Program-made: the position numbers and the translations under genes
The notes under the pieces: model-generated
Database searches by the model: none
What the model was told of the DNA's origin: nothing
Seen by the model: the letters and a program-made list of their open reading frames with translations, nothing else
Shown here: positions 1 to 10,714 of the stretch, piece after piece
Numbering within the stretch: the stretch's first letter is position 1
Layout: every line of letters starts with the position of its first letter
Assembly: GCA_963718665.1 (NCBI GenBank)
Contig: OY970359.1
Coordinates: forward strand, 608,001-672,000
Direction of reading: 5' to 3'
Length of the DNA stretch: 64,000 bases
From: an uncultured Phycisphaerales bacterium
GTDB lineage: Bacteria > Planctomycetota > Phycisphaerae > Sedimentisphaerales > Anaerobacaceae

Positions 1-254
1 CGCACTTTTGCTTCCTCTTCCCGACGCCCCACGCCCTTCTTCTAAAACAAAACATCATTGAATATCCAGTCGCATTATCGGACTATAGCAAAACCACTCG
101 TAATAAAGTCCGCGATTTCCCTATTTTGTGGCGGAAATACCTCGCTACGCCCTAAAAAGCCGTCTAAATGCTCAATCCGTCGTAATTTAACAACGATATA
201 AAGAGCATAATTCAGGTTTCAATGATTGTTTTTTCTGTTAACTGGGGACGATTT

Positions 255-1019
255 ATGAGCACTTTATTGACCGAAAAACCGGGCGTCATGAGTGCTGACG
301 AACGTGAAAAACTGCTCAAACAGATTGAAAGCATAAGCAAGGAATTCCAGGACTTCGTGTACATCATTTCACACGACCTGAAGGCGCCGTTGCGCGCGAT
401 AAATGCGCTGTCCGACTGGATTGCCACTGATTACGCCGACAAGTTTGACGACGACGGCAAAGAACAGCTCAAGATGCTTACCACCCGCGTAAACAGGATG
501 CAAAACCTCCTCGACGGCGTTCTGCAATACTCAAGAATCGGCCGTATTAAAGAAGACCCGGCTCCAATCGACCTCAATCAGCTTTTGCAGGAAATCATAA
601 AGCTGCTCGGCGCACCGGCTAATATACATATAACCGTCGAAGGCCGGCTGCCCGTTATCACCTCCGAACCAACCCGCATACAGCAGGTCTTTCAGCATCT
701 GCTCAGCAACGCCGTAAGATTTATGGATAAACCCGAAGGTTTCATCAAAGTCGCCTGCGCCGAGGAAAACGGCTTCTGGAAATTCAGCATCGCAGACAAC
801 GGGCCGGGCATCCCCGAACAGCACTTCGAAAAAATCTTCCGGCTCTTCCAGACCCTTCAGGCCAAAGACCAGTTCGAAAGCACAGGTGCAGGTCTGACGC
901 TCGCAAAAAAAATCGTCGAATTATACGGCGGCAAAATATGGCTCACCTCCACCGTCGGCCAGGGTTCAACGTTCTTTTTCACACTGCCAAAAACAGACGG
1001 CCAAATAAAAACCGATTAA
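255..1019 (+). CDS. Stand-alone histidine kinase (HisKA + HATPase, no sensor domain)
   Basis: H-box ISHDLKAPLR, N-box LLSNAVRF, G1 DNGPGI, G2 GAGLTL. ATG at 255 follows GGGGA (track start 222). Confidence 0.9.
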   Translation: MSTLLTEKPGVMSADEREKLLKQIESISKEFQDFVYIISHDLKAPLRAINALSDWIATDYADKFDDDGKEQLKMLTTRVNRMQNLLDGVLQYSRIGRIKEDPAPIDLNQLLQEIIKLLGAPANIHITVEGRLPVITSEPTRIQQVFQHLLSNAVRFMDKPEGFIKVACAEENGFWKFSIADNGPGIPEQHFEKIFRLFQTLQAKDQFESTGAGLTLAKKIVELYGGKIWLTSTVGQGSTFFFTLPKTDGQIKTD

Positions 1020-1034
1020 ACAGGGGACAACTAT

Positions 1035-2174
1035 ATGAAACTCGAACAAAATATATGGGCGCAAAAAACCGGCTGGCAGCCGTCAGCGCCCGGAGTAATT
1101 GGAAAATCCGCACAACTGGTCCTGGTTTTTGGTTCGACCGACCTGTTCAAACAGGCGCCCCTGCCAAAAGAACTGACCAACGCATATCCAGACGCACATT
1201 TTGTCGGCTGCTCCACGGCAGGAGAAATTTGCGGAACAACAGTATATGACGACTCCCTGACAACCGTGGCGGTACATTTTGAAAAAACCACCGTCAAAAC
1301 TCATGAAGTGGAAGTCAACTCCGTTGAGGATAGTTTCCTGGCCGGCGAGCGCCTCGCAGCAATTGTGAATCCGGCCAACCTGAGCCACCTCTTTGTACTT
1401 TCAAAAGGCGTTAATATCAACGGAAGTGAACTCGTCAAAGGGCTTGAAAAAAACCTCCCTGAGAGCGTAATTGTAACCGGAGGCCTGGCAGGAGACGGCC
1501 CGAAGTTTCAGGAAACATTAACCTTCTCCGACGGCGTTCCCAAAAATAACGTCATATCCGCAATCGCATTCTACGGCCACAAACTAAAAGTCGGCTATGG
1601 CTCCGTCGGCGGATGGGACCCTTTCGGCCCCGAAAGAATTGTCACCCGCTCAAAAGGTAACGTCCTCTATGAGCTTGACGGGAAAAACGCCCTGGAACTC
1701 TACAAGCAGTATCTCGGCGAACACGCGAAAGGCCTGCCCGCCACCGGCTTGTTTTTCCCCCTGGGTATTCGAGATAATGAGGCAACTACCAGTTTGGTCC
1801 GCACCATCCTGGCCACAAATGACAAAGAGCAGAGTATAACATTTGCAGGCGACGTCCCCCAGGGCTTCCACGCCCGCCTGATGAAGTTTAATTATGAACG
1901 AATGATAGATGCCGCAGCCCAGGCCGCGAAAAACTGCCTCGACACAATCGATTTCCCTAAAGTCGAGCTGGCAATTATCGTTAGTTGTTGTGGAAGAAAG
2001 TGGATTCTTAAACAGCGGGTTGAAGAAGAAATTGAAGCGGTCCGCGAAATCTTCAGTAATGACACCATCCTTACCGGTTTCTACTCATACGGAGAAATAG
2101 CGCCGGTCGCGGGCGGCAGAAAATGCGCCCTTCATAACGAGACAATGACAATAACCGCGTTTTCCGAGGCCTGA
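1035..2174 (+). CDS. FIST N/C domain signal transduction protein
   Basis: GCSTAGEI, GGLAGDG, GGWDPFGPER, GFYSYGEI, LHNETMT motifs. Confidence 0.9.
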   Translation: MKLEQNIWAQKTGWQPSAPGVIGKSAQLVLVFGSTDLFKQAPLPKELTNAYPDAHFVGCSTAGEICGTTVYDDSLTTVAVHFEKTTVKTHEVEVNSVEDSFLAGERLAAIVNPANLSHLFVLSKGVNINGSELVKGLEKNLPESVIVTGGLAGDGPKFQETLTFSDGVPKNNVISAIAFYGHKLKVGYGSVGGWDPFGPERIVTRSKGNVLYELDGKNALELYKQYLGEHAKGLPATGLFFPLGIRDNEATTSLVRTILATNDKEQSITFAGDVPQGFHARLMKFNYERMIDAAAQAAKNCLDTIDFPKVELAIIVSCCGRKWILKQRVEEEIEAVREIFSNDTILTGFYSYGEIAPVAGGRKCALHNETMTITAFSEA

Positions 2175-2176
2175 CA

Positions 2177-3565
2177 ATGGATAAAATGCACAGCTTACTC
2201 AGACGCCAGATTAAAAAAATCTTCGGCTCCGCCGATAACATCCCTAAAGATTTTCAGGAAATAATCGGCGTCGTCAACGAGGCATACTTCAATTTCGATG
2301 CCGACCGGCTCCTGCTTGAACGCTCCATCGAAATCAGCTCACATGAATTAGTCGAGGCCAACTCCCAGATGCGGTCTATCCTTCAGGCCATACCGGATAT
2401 GTTCCTCAGAATTGATGCCGACGGGAAAATCCTTGAATGCAAAATACCGGCAAACAACACTTTCAGCCATCTCAAAGCCAATGAACTCGTTGGAAAAAGT
2501 ATTTATACATGTTTTGGCCCTCTGGCCGCACGCCGACTCGAATGGTCAGTCAGAAGGGCCGTAAAAAACAAAACCGTCGAAATCGCGGAGTATTCAGTCC
2601 AGAACCAGGCAGAACAATTCCGTGAAGCGCGAGTGGTCTGGCTGGGTGATGAACAGCTTATAGTGATTGTCCGCGATATAACCGAAAGAAAACTCGCCGA
2701 AGACCGCCTGCTTGAGAGTCGGCGAACGCTTCAAACACTGATGAGCAACCTCCCGGGAATGGCATATCGCTGCCGGAATGACCGCGACTGGACTATGGAA
2801 TTTGTCAACGAAGGAAGCATCAATCTCACCGGCTATCGGCCCGCCGAACTCATCAACAACAGTAAAATAACATACAACCAGTTGATTCATCCGGATGAGT
2901 GCGAAAAGGTATGGGATACTATTCAGGCCGCACTGAAAGAACACAAACCGTTCCAGCTAACCTACAGAATAAAAACCGCTGACGGTGAACAAAAATGGGT
3001 ATTGGAGCAGGGACAGGGCATATTCACCTCCAAAGGTGAACTGCTGGCCATCGAAGGATTTATTTCAGACATCACCGACAAAGTGCAAATGCAGGAATCT
3101 ATCAAAGAAAGCGAACGTTTCCTTTCCGAAGTATTTGCCAGCATCCAGGACGGCATCAGCGTGCTTGATACCAACTTCAATATTGTCAGGACCAATGCGG
3201 CTATGGAAAAGTGGTATGCACACGCTATGCCTCTGGTAGGCAAGAAATGTTACGAAGCTTACCACGGACGCAAAACACGCTGCGACGCCTGCCCAACCTG
3301 TCGAACCCTTGAAACCGGCAAAGCTGATTACGATGTAGTCCCCAAAATAGGGCCGGGCGGAAAAGTTACGGGCTGGATTGACCTCTACAGCTTCCCCCTG
3401 ATTGATACTACAACAGGAAAACTAAAGGGTGTAATCGAGTATGTTCGTGAAATCACTGATGTCAATGCACGCAGGGCCGCCGAAAAAAAACTCGCAGAAT
3501 CGCCAAAAAAATCCGTCGACGATGAAGCCCCTGCCGTGGTAACAACATCGGCAACCGAAATATAA
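2177..3565 (+). CDS. Multi-PAS domain protein without output domain
   Basis: MHSLLRRQ N-terminus typical of FIST-linked genes; three PAS/PAC units (RDITERK, NLPGMAYRC..DW, GKKCYE..C..CP). Confidence 0.85.
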   Translation: MDKMHSLLRRQIKKIFGSADNIPKDFQEIIGVVNEAYFNFDADRLLLERSIEISSHELVEANSQMRSILQAIPDMFLRIDADGKILECKIPANNTFSHLKANELVGKSIYTCFGPLAARRLEWSVRRAVKNKTVEIAEYSVQNQAEQFREARVVWLGDEQLIVIVRDITERKLAEDRLLESRRTLQTLMSNLPGMAYRCRNDRDWTMEFVNEGSINLTGYRPAELINNSKITYNQLIHPDECEKVWDTIQAALKEHKPFQLTYRIKTADGEQKWVLEQGQGIFTSKGELLAIEGFISDITDKVQMQESIKESERFLSEVFASIQDGISVLDTNFNIVRTNAAMEKWYAHAMPLVGKKCYEAYHGRKTRCDACPTCRTLETGKADYDVVPKIGPGGKVTGWIDLYSFPLIDTTTGKLKGVIEYVREITDVNARRAAEKKLAESPKKSVDDEAPAVVTTSATEI

Positions 3566-3566
3566 T

Positions 3567-5995
3567 ATGCAAAGCGCAAATCCAATAACAACCAAGTCGC
3601 CGAAAAAAGATGGGGAAGCAATCAAATTGCCCATCCTCATACCGCTATTTGCCTCAATTTTGCTGTTGCTGATAATTTTCACCCTCGCTATCTATCGTCT
3701 CCAGCAAAAACACATCAACGATGACGTCCAGGCCCGCCTCAACAATGTCTCTCGCTATTTTAACCAGTTCCTCGCCTCGGATGCCCGACTCATCGGCGAA
3801 ACAACTCATTTCGTAAAGGATAATCCGGACATTCAAAACGCCTGGCTCGCAAAAGACCGCAACACCCTGCTGACCCTGACCGCCCCCATATTTGAAAAGC
3901 TCCACCAGGATTACAGGATAACACACCTGTATTTCATCGACGTTAATCAGACCTGCTTTCTGCGAGTCCATAATCCGCCGCGATTCGGCGACCACATAAC
4001 CCGCTTCACGCTCAAATCCGCAGCCGAAACCGTAAAACCATACTGGGGCATCGAGCTGGGACCATACGGCACTTTTACGCTACGAGTGGTTCAGCCCTGG
4101 TTCGTAAACAATACCCTAACCGGATTTGTGGAATTCGGCGAAGAAATCGACCATATCGCGCCACAGCTTAAAAGCGTTGTCAACGTTGACTTGGCTTTTC
4201 TGATAGATAAATCGCTCCTCAACCGCGATGACTGGCAGGAAGGGCTTAAAATGGTGGGACGCACAGGCGACTGGGACCTGATGCCTAACTGTGTAATAGC
4301 CGATTCCACTATGCCTGAAGTTACGCCGGAATTTATAAAACTCGCTGGCCTGCCGCACAAAGAACATCAAGACCATATCCTCACCGCAAAACTGGACGGC
4401 TCAACTTTTTCCGCCGGCTTCGTCAAACTTTCAGACGCCGCGGGACACGAAGTCGGCAACATCCTCGTTATTAAAAATATCACAAAAGAACGGACTTCGC
4501 TCCAGATGCTGCTGGTAACCATCGCAACCATGAGCTTCCTGATAGCATCCACGCTCATTTCGTTCTTCTACATCCACATCGCCGGCATAGAAAAACACAT
4601 TATTGAAACGCACGTCTCGCTCGCAACAGAAATCGAAAAACGAAAAGAAGTCGAGATACTGCTTCGCAAACACAAAGACAATCTTGAAGACACAGTCAAA
4701 GAACGAACAGGAGAACTTGAACAAACCAATAAATACCTTCAGGGAGAAATTGTTGAACGCCAAAAAGCGGAAAACTCGCTGCGAAAAAGCGAGGAACGCT
4801 TCAAACAGGTGGCCGAAAGCGCCGACGCCTGGATTTGGGAAGTTAATGCCGAAGGATTATATACTTATTCAAGCCATGTTGCAGAAAAGGTGCTTGGATA
4901 TAAGCCGGAAGAAATCGTCGGGAAAAAATATTTTATGACTTCTTCACCCCGGAAGTGAAGGAAGAGTTCAAGAAAGCCGCATTTGAAACTTTTAACAAGA
5001 AAGAGAGATTTAGCGGCTTCGTTAATCCTAATATACATAAGAACGGCAGCACCGTCATTTTAGAGACGACCGGCACACCAATCTTGGACGACAAAAGGAA
5101 TCTTTGTGGATATCGCGGAGCAGATGTAGACATTACCGAACGCAATAAGGCCCAGCAGCGTCAGACCCAGCTGCTCGAACAGTTGGAAAAGACCAACAAA
5201 CGCCTCCAGCAGGAAAACGAACTACGCACAAAGGCAGAAAAATCGCTTGAAAAACTCAACGCCGACCTCGAATCTACCGCCATCCAGTTAAGCCGAACCA
5301 ATAAACAGCTAAATGAATTCGCCCACTTGGCCACGCACGACCTGAAAACCCCCCTGCGCGGCATCGGCACGCTGGCACAATGGCTATACACCGATTATTA
5401 CGACAAGCTCGACGACGACGGACGCCAACAAATAAACCTGCTGGTCAAAAGAGTCAGGCGAATGGACAACATTATCAACGCCATTCTGCAATACTCCGCA
5501 ACCACCAGAGACAAACTCAAAGAACGCAAGGTCGATTTGAATATATTGCTCAAGACAGCCGTTGATAAAATTAACCCGCCCGAAAACATCAAAATAACTA
5601 TAAACAAAACCCTTCCCGTCCTGATATGCGAAGAGGAACACCTCTGGCAGGTATTTCTCAACCTTATCTCCAACGCCGTAAAATTTTCCGACAAACCGCA
5701 GGCGACCATCATAATCGACGTAGAAGACGAAAAATACTTCTGGAAGTTCAGCGTCGCCGACAACGGCCCCGGCATCGAACCGCAGCATTTCGATAGAATA
5801 TTCCAGCTCTTCCAGACGCTCAATAACCACGACGACGTCGAAAGCGAAGGCATTGGCCTGACCCTGACCAAAAAAATCGTCGAACTCTATGACGGCAAAA
5901 TCTGGCTCACCTCCAAAGTCGGCGTCGGCTCCACCTTCTTCTTCACCATCCCAAAGCAAATGACCGCCGTCTCAAAATCCCCCCAGCCCGCCTAA
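3567..5995 (+). pseudogene. Cache-PAS-histidine kinase split by a -1 frameshift (ORFs 3567-4958 and 4955-5995)
   Basis: TM-Cache-TM-coil-PAS, then PAC-HisKA (THDLKTPLR)-HATPase. Adding one T at 4931-4934 restores GKKYFYDFFTPEVKEEF across the break. Confidence 0.8.
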
Positions 5996-6290
5996 ATTCC
6001 ACCGCAATAATTTCACATTCCTGACCTGCGATTACCGCGAATTGTTTTTTTGCGAAATATTTTTTATCGTAAGCTTTCCCCCTGTAAGTACTTATGGATA
6101 ACAGGCGCAAAATCATTCGTTTTTTTTCATCAACATTAGCATTGGTCAGTCGCCTTCTGATATAGAAGCAGGAGAACTATGTTTATGACACTACCCAAAG
6201 TTCCAGAAATAGTCGCAATTCGGCAAGTTCAAGTAAACGCCGGTCAACACCCCACAAATGTATACGCAGGATTTATCGGAGGAAACCCCA

Positions 6291-8063
6291 ATGGCTAAAA
6301 GAATCATTCTAATCTCATCATTTCCCATTTGCGTCGTTCTTGTGATTATTGCCCTTATTTTGGCAGGCGTCGGACACGGACAACCGGCAAGTACCCCTGC
6401 AAACATTGAACAGGCAAAATCACAGACTATCTCATCGGTTAATTTGGGCAAATTAGATGACGCTAATACAGCGATTGATAAGCTTATCGCCGGCTATGCC
6501 AATAATGCGAATTCGGCCTCGACCCTTGCGGATGCCGCAAACCAGTGCGCCTGGGACAGAAATTACGATGGCGCCAATAGGTTATACCGTGCAGTTGTTG
6601 ATAAAGAGCCGAATAATCCAATGTCGGTTAAGGCCCGTTTAGGTTTGGCCCGGCTGAATGCCCTTACGCTTATTGAAGAAAAGAACTATCCTCCTGCTCA
6701 GCAGCAGGCCGATTCTATGGCCGTTGATTTCAACAGCGAATCGGACCTCCCGGTGGCATTATTTCATATCGGCAAGGAATTTACCTGGCAGCACAGATAT
6801 AGCGAGGCAAAAGACGCTCTTGCCCACATAGATAATAACTCCCTGTCTGATTCATTTTCAAAAGAGGTTCAATTGTGGACGGCAAGGGCGAATGTCTGCT
6901 CGCTTATCAACAAGACAACCGATACAGAGGTCGTTGCCGCAATAGATAAGCTGATGACTGATTTTGCGGGCGATTCGGGCTTGGCGGAGGCGGTTTACTG
7001 GATAAGCAAGGAATATGAGTGGAAAAAAGGCACATCGATTAACAGGGCGGGCTGGTACGACACGCCCAACAGCGTATATCAGAAAATAATGCAGGAGTTC
7101 AGCGATACGCCTTATGGTCAGGAGGCGGAATGGGACCAGAAGCGATTGGCATACCGGATGAAAATCTTCAAATTGATACAGGAGCCGAATCAGGCCGCAA
7201 CGGATGCCGCGATTGAAACTATGATAACTGACCTTAAAGGCAGACCTGAGCTTGCGGGTGAACTTTACTGGATTGCCTGCGGCTACGAAGAGCGGCCGGA
7301 TAAAGGTTCACAGGCAGAGCAGATGTACGCCCGGATAGTAAATGATTGCCCGGGAACGGACGAGGCGGACAGGGCCGTTCTCGATGTCCGGCGAAGGATT
7401 TTTAGCGACGTTCTCGATTCAGGCGACGTAAATTCGGCTTATACACTGCTGGACAATTTTATCGCTGACTTCAAACAGAATCTCTACGCCGGCGACTGCC
7501 TGGGCCGGGTTACTATGGGTTGTTATAAGAAGGCAGAGGAGCTTAGGGACCAGAATCAGCCGGATAAGGCAATGCTGTATCACCAGGTATGCGCGAATGT
7601 ATGGGAGCGGATACAAAACAACAGTCTGCCGATTACCAGCGACCTCGTGTATTTGTACTTCTACGTTGCCATTAATTATCACGAAATGCACAGGTGGACG
7701 GATGCTATCAATAATTATCAAAAAGTCCTCGACAACTGGCCTGATTTTGAACACGCCTGCGGGATACAGGCGGCAATCGGCGGCTGTTACGAAAAGCTTA
7801 GAGATAAGGAAGGAGTTCCGAAAGAAGGGGTAAATCCTTTAATAGAGGATGCCTACATAGCAATTTTGACTAATTACCCCAACTGTTATGCAATTAAAAA
7901 TGCGGCATATAAACTTGCCGGGATCATGCTGGAAAAAGGTGATAAGGCCTCTGCTGCGAAGTATTATAAGAAGTTTCTTGAAACAGCCAGACCTAATGAT
8001 GACCGTCTTGCACCTGTTAAAGCCAAACTTGCCGAATTGACCGCCGAAGGAGGGAACAACTAA
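6291..8063 (+). CDS. Exported TPR-repeat protein heading the Cys-rich cassette array
   Basis: Signal/TM segment, repeated helical TPR-like units; GGAGG RBS before ATG 6291; stop overlaps the next start (TAATG). Confidence 0.8.
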   Translation: MAKRIILISSFPICVVLVIIALILAGVGHGQPASTPANIEQAKSQTISSVNLGKLDDANTAIDKLIAGYANNANSASTLADAANQCAWDRNYDGANRLYRAVVDKEPNNPMSVKARLGLARLNALTLIEEKNYPPAQQQADSMAVDFNSESDLPVALFHIGKEFTWQHRYSEAKDALAHIDNNSLSDSFSKEVQLWTARANVCSLINKTTDTEVVAAIDKLMTDFAGDSGLAEAVYWISKEYEWKKGTSINRAGWYDTPNSVYQKIMQEFSDTPYGQEAEWDQKRLAYRMKIFKLIQEPNQAATDAAIETMITDLKGRPELAGELYWIACGYEERPDKGSQAEQMYARIVNDCPGTDEADRAVLDVRRRIFSDVLDSGDVNSAYTLLDNFIADFKQNLYAGDCLGRVTMGCYKKAEELRDQNQPDKAMLYHQVCANVWERIQNNSLPITSDLVYLYFYVAINYHEMHRWTDAINNYQKVLDNWPDFEHACGIQAAIGGCYEKLRDKEGVPKEGVNPLIEDAYIAILTNYPNCYAIKNAAYKLAGIMLEKGDKASAAKYYKKFLETARPNDDRLAPVKAKLAELTAEGGNN

Positions 8064-8983
8064 TGATAATGCTGCTTACAAAAAAGACCTTATGGACGTA
8101 TATTATTACAAGCATGGTTTTATTTATAACAATACTTGTTAATGATGCCTTCGGTGTTGGTGGTGGTGGTGGCCATCCGCCTTGCCCGGTATGCTATAGC
8201 TGGGGTTATGATGATGTCTTGGATGAGTGGGGATGTTATATTTGGACCTGCGGTAATCAACAGTGTTGCAACGGAACATGTTTTGACCCTAGTACCACGG
8301 GATGCTGTAACGGCGTAACCTATGACCTTAGTTCCCAGGCATGTTGCGGCGGGGCGATTCAGACTAAAGGCGGCTGTATGGACTGCATAAATAACGCATG
8401 GGTATCCACTTGCGATTCCTCCCAGTGCCAGACCTGCGATGGTAGTGGCGATTGTGTATCAAAGTGCGACCCAAGCCAATGCCAGACCTGTGTGAACGGC
8501 AACTGTCCGGTTTGTTATCCGCACAAGTTGAACTGCTGTGATGATTACGATTGCTATCATTGTGTCGAGAAATCCTTCGGCGAAATCTGCCAACCATGTC
8601 TTTGGAAACCCTGGTCTTATGCGGTATTAATGACGTGTCATATGATGCCTGATCCACTATTTGACCCATGTTCGGATGGATGTTCAAATCCTTTTGGTGA
8701 CCATCCAGATGACCCCGCCGATTGTTGCGCTCCGGATAATTCGAGCTTTTATTGGGCTTGTTATAACCACGATTTCTGCTATCAAACCTGTGGAATGCCC
8801 AAAAGCCCTTGTGACAATTACTTTGGCGATGATATGGAAGCTGTATGTTCGAGCACAACTCTCTTATGCCATATTGTATGTGAGGCCCAAAGGGTAATAT
8901 ACTGGACGGCAGTATCACTTTGCGGAGAAGGCCCTTACGAAAGTGACCAATTAGATGCATGTGTTTGTTGTGATTGTTCTTAA
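8063..8983 (+). CDS. Secreted Cys-rich protein copy 1, with C-terminal group XII-like phospholipase A2 domain
   Basis: Complete signal peptide, GVGGGGG, CCNGxxYD repeats, DGC...CYNHDFCYQTCG..K..CD..F..DM..VC. Confidence 0.8.
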   Translation: MIMLLTKKTLWTYIITSMVLFITILVNDAFGVGGGGGHPPCPVCYSWGYDDVLDEWGCYIWTCGNQQCCNGTCFDPSTTGCCNGVTYDLSSQACCGGAIQTKGGCMDCINNAWVSTCDSSQCQTCDGSGDCVSKCDPSQCQTCVNGNCPVCYPHKLNCCDDYDCYHCVEKSFGEICQPCLWKPWSYAVLMTCHMMPDPLFDPCSDGCSNPFGDHPDDPADCCAPDNSSFYWACYNHDFCYQTCGMPKSPCDNYFGDDMEAVCSSTTLLCHIVCEAQRVIYWTAVSLCGEGPYESDQLDACVCCDCS

Positions 8984-9015
8984 CAGGTAAAATGAAATGA
9001 AATAGGAGATTTGAA

Positions 9016-10224
9016 ATGCGATGCTTATCGAAAAATATGGCCGGACTTGTGATTTGTATTATGACGTCAAATTTATACGCAGAAAAATTGACCGTGGTTT
9101 GGGAAAAAGAATTAGGCGATGACAATAATCTCAGTTATGTCGGTCACGAGGCAGTATGCAATAATGGGACTCTACAAGTTGTTGGTTATGCGTTTGATTC
9201 AAAAGCGCGTTCATCCGGAAAGTACTGGTTCTGGCAGATTAATTCTGACGGTAACATCGTATCACATGAAGATTTCCACGCTGTTTCAAATGTACGTCCC
9301 TCGGATATTATTTTCGGCTCATGGCTAACAAAAGGATTGAAAGTTGACCAGAGCGGTATGTACTGTGCGGGCAAGTTCGGCTCAAAGGAGCACTCTTTCG
9401 CTAAGTTCGGAGCAAGCGACAAAAAATTGCTCAAAAAACAAATCCCAATTGACCCCAATAAAAAACCTGGTGATTCGAATCATATGTCAGAAGAATTTGT
9501 TCTCAAAATGGCTGACCTGTCGGATAACAAGTTCCTTTTGGTGGGAAGAGACTCGCAATCTAATGGTTTTGCCGCAAAAGTCGATTCGGATGGTGACGTT
9601 TATTGGTGCAGAGTGTTTGAGAAAAGCAAATTGTCTTTTATTGTCGATGCTGTTGAAGTCGAAAATAGTTTGATATTGTTGGAGTGTTTTTCAGATGGCG
9701 GACCTAAAAATAATTTCTATGAAGGTTTTAATTGTCGCCTTATAAAATGTGATTCCGACGGTAATATTCTTTATGAAAAGTCCTTTATCGGAAGCGGCGC
9801 ATTTCCAAACAAATACCCGGAATTGCACAAAACCGATTCAAACAGTTTCTCAGTCGGTTACGACAAACAGTGCGATTTGACCAGAATAGAATATTGTGTG
9901 GTCAAATATGATGATAAGCTAAATCTGTTGTCTGAAAAAACAATCATCGATAAGGAAACCAAAACACCTGTTTATATACATATATTGCCGGTTTCATCTG
10001 GAGGGTTTATTACTGCTTATAATGATACTTTGGGCAAAATTACCGTTAGCAAATATTCGGGTTCAGGAGATTTATCGACCTCTTTGACTTTGGATAATAT
10101 TGTTGTAATCGATGATTTCCGAATTGTCGGTTCAGGCAATAAGTGCTTTATTATCGCATTGTCAATGCCCGCAAGTACCGATAACCGTGTGAAGACGAAA
10201 ATAGCTGCTTTGACTATTGAATAA
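9016..10224 (+). CDS. Exported putative beta-propeller protein (copy A)
   Basis: Signal peptide; repeated K/Q-x-D/N-SDGN..W/Y blade-like motifs; AGGAG RBS. Confidence 0.65.
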   Translation: MRCLSKNMAGLVICIMTSNLYAEKLTVVWEKELGDDNNLSYVGHEAVCNNGTLQVVGYAFDSKARSSGKYWFWQINSDGNIVSHEDFHAVSNVRPSDIIFGSWLTKGLKVDQSGMYCAGKFGSKEHSFAKFGASDKKLLKKQIPIDPNKKPGDSNHMSEEFVLKMADLSDNKFLLVGRDSQSNGFAAKVDSDGDVYWCRVFEKSKLSFIVDAVEVENSLILLECFSDGGPKNNFYEGFNCRLIKCDSDGNILYEKSFIGSGAFPNKYPELHKTDSNSFSVGYDKQCDLTRIEYCVVKYDDKLNLLSEKTIIDKETKTPVYIHILPVSSGGFITAYNDTLGKITVSKYSGSGDLSTSLTLDNIVVIDDFRIVGSGNKCFIIALSMPASTDNRVKTKIAALTIE

Positions 10225-10681
10225 GAAAGTGAAACGTATGGGTAAGCATTTTCTGGCAGTCTTGTATTCTGTATTGTTGTTATTACTATGTGTCAGTGGA
10301 TGTTATGTGGCAGGCGGAAGGGGCGGAGGTGGTATTACGCATTATAGTCCACTAAGTAGTGTGGATTGCGGCAAACCATGGGTAATTTCAGTCGGCTATT
10401 CTCTTGCGATGGTTGACCGGAAAGAAAAACCCAGCAAGCTTATAGAAAGATTTAAGGCCGGTGTGGTTCATATTCATTATTCCTCAGATAATAATTTTAT
10501 CGACGTTCCTATGGTTTTTGAAAGCGTGAATCCTGAAACTGGCAAATTGAAAATGAAGGCAGACATGAAACCAATCCCCTGTGATTCCAATATTGAATAT
10601 GTAGGTTACCTTATAGATTTCATGTTCGACAATCACTATAAAAAGTCAAAATATCATATTGTCCCCGTCACCAAAAAATAA
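10217..10681 (+). CDS. Small lipoprotein (copy A), candidate cognate immunity/partner protein
   Basis: Lipobox VSGC followed by a Gly-rich linker; homologous to 20327-20782. Confidence 0.65.
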   Translation: MNKKVKRMGKHFLAVLYSVLLLLLCVSGCYVAGGRGGGGITHYSPLSSVDCGKPWVISVGYSLAMVDRKEKPSKLIERFKAGVVHIHYSSDNNFIDVPMVFESVNPETGKLKMKADMKPIPCDSNIEYVGYLIDFMFDNHYKKSKYHIVPVTKK

Positions 10682-10714
10682 TTTGTCTCATTTGATTCCG
10701 GCAGGATATAAAAA

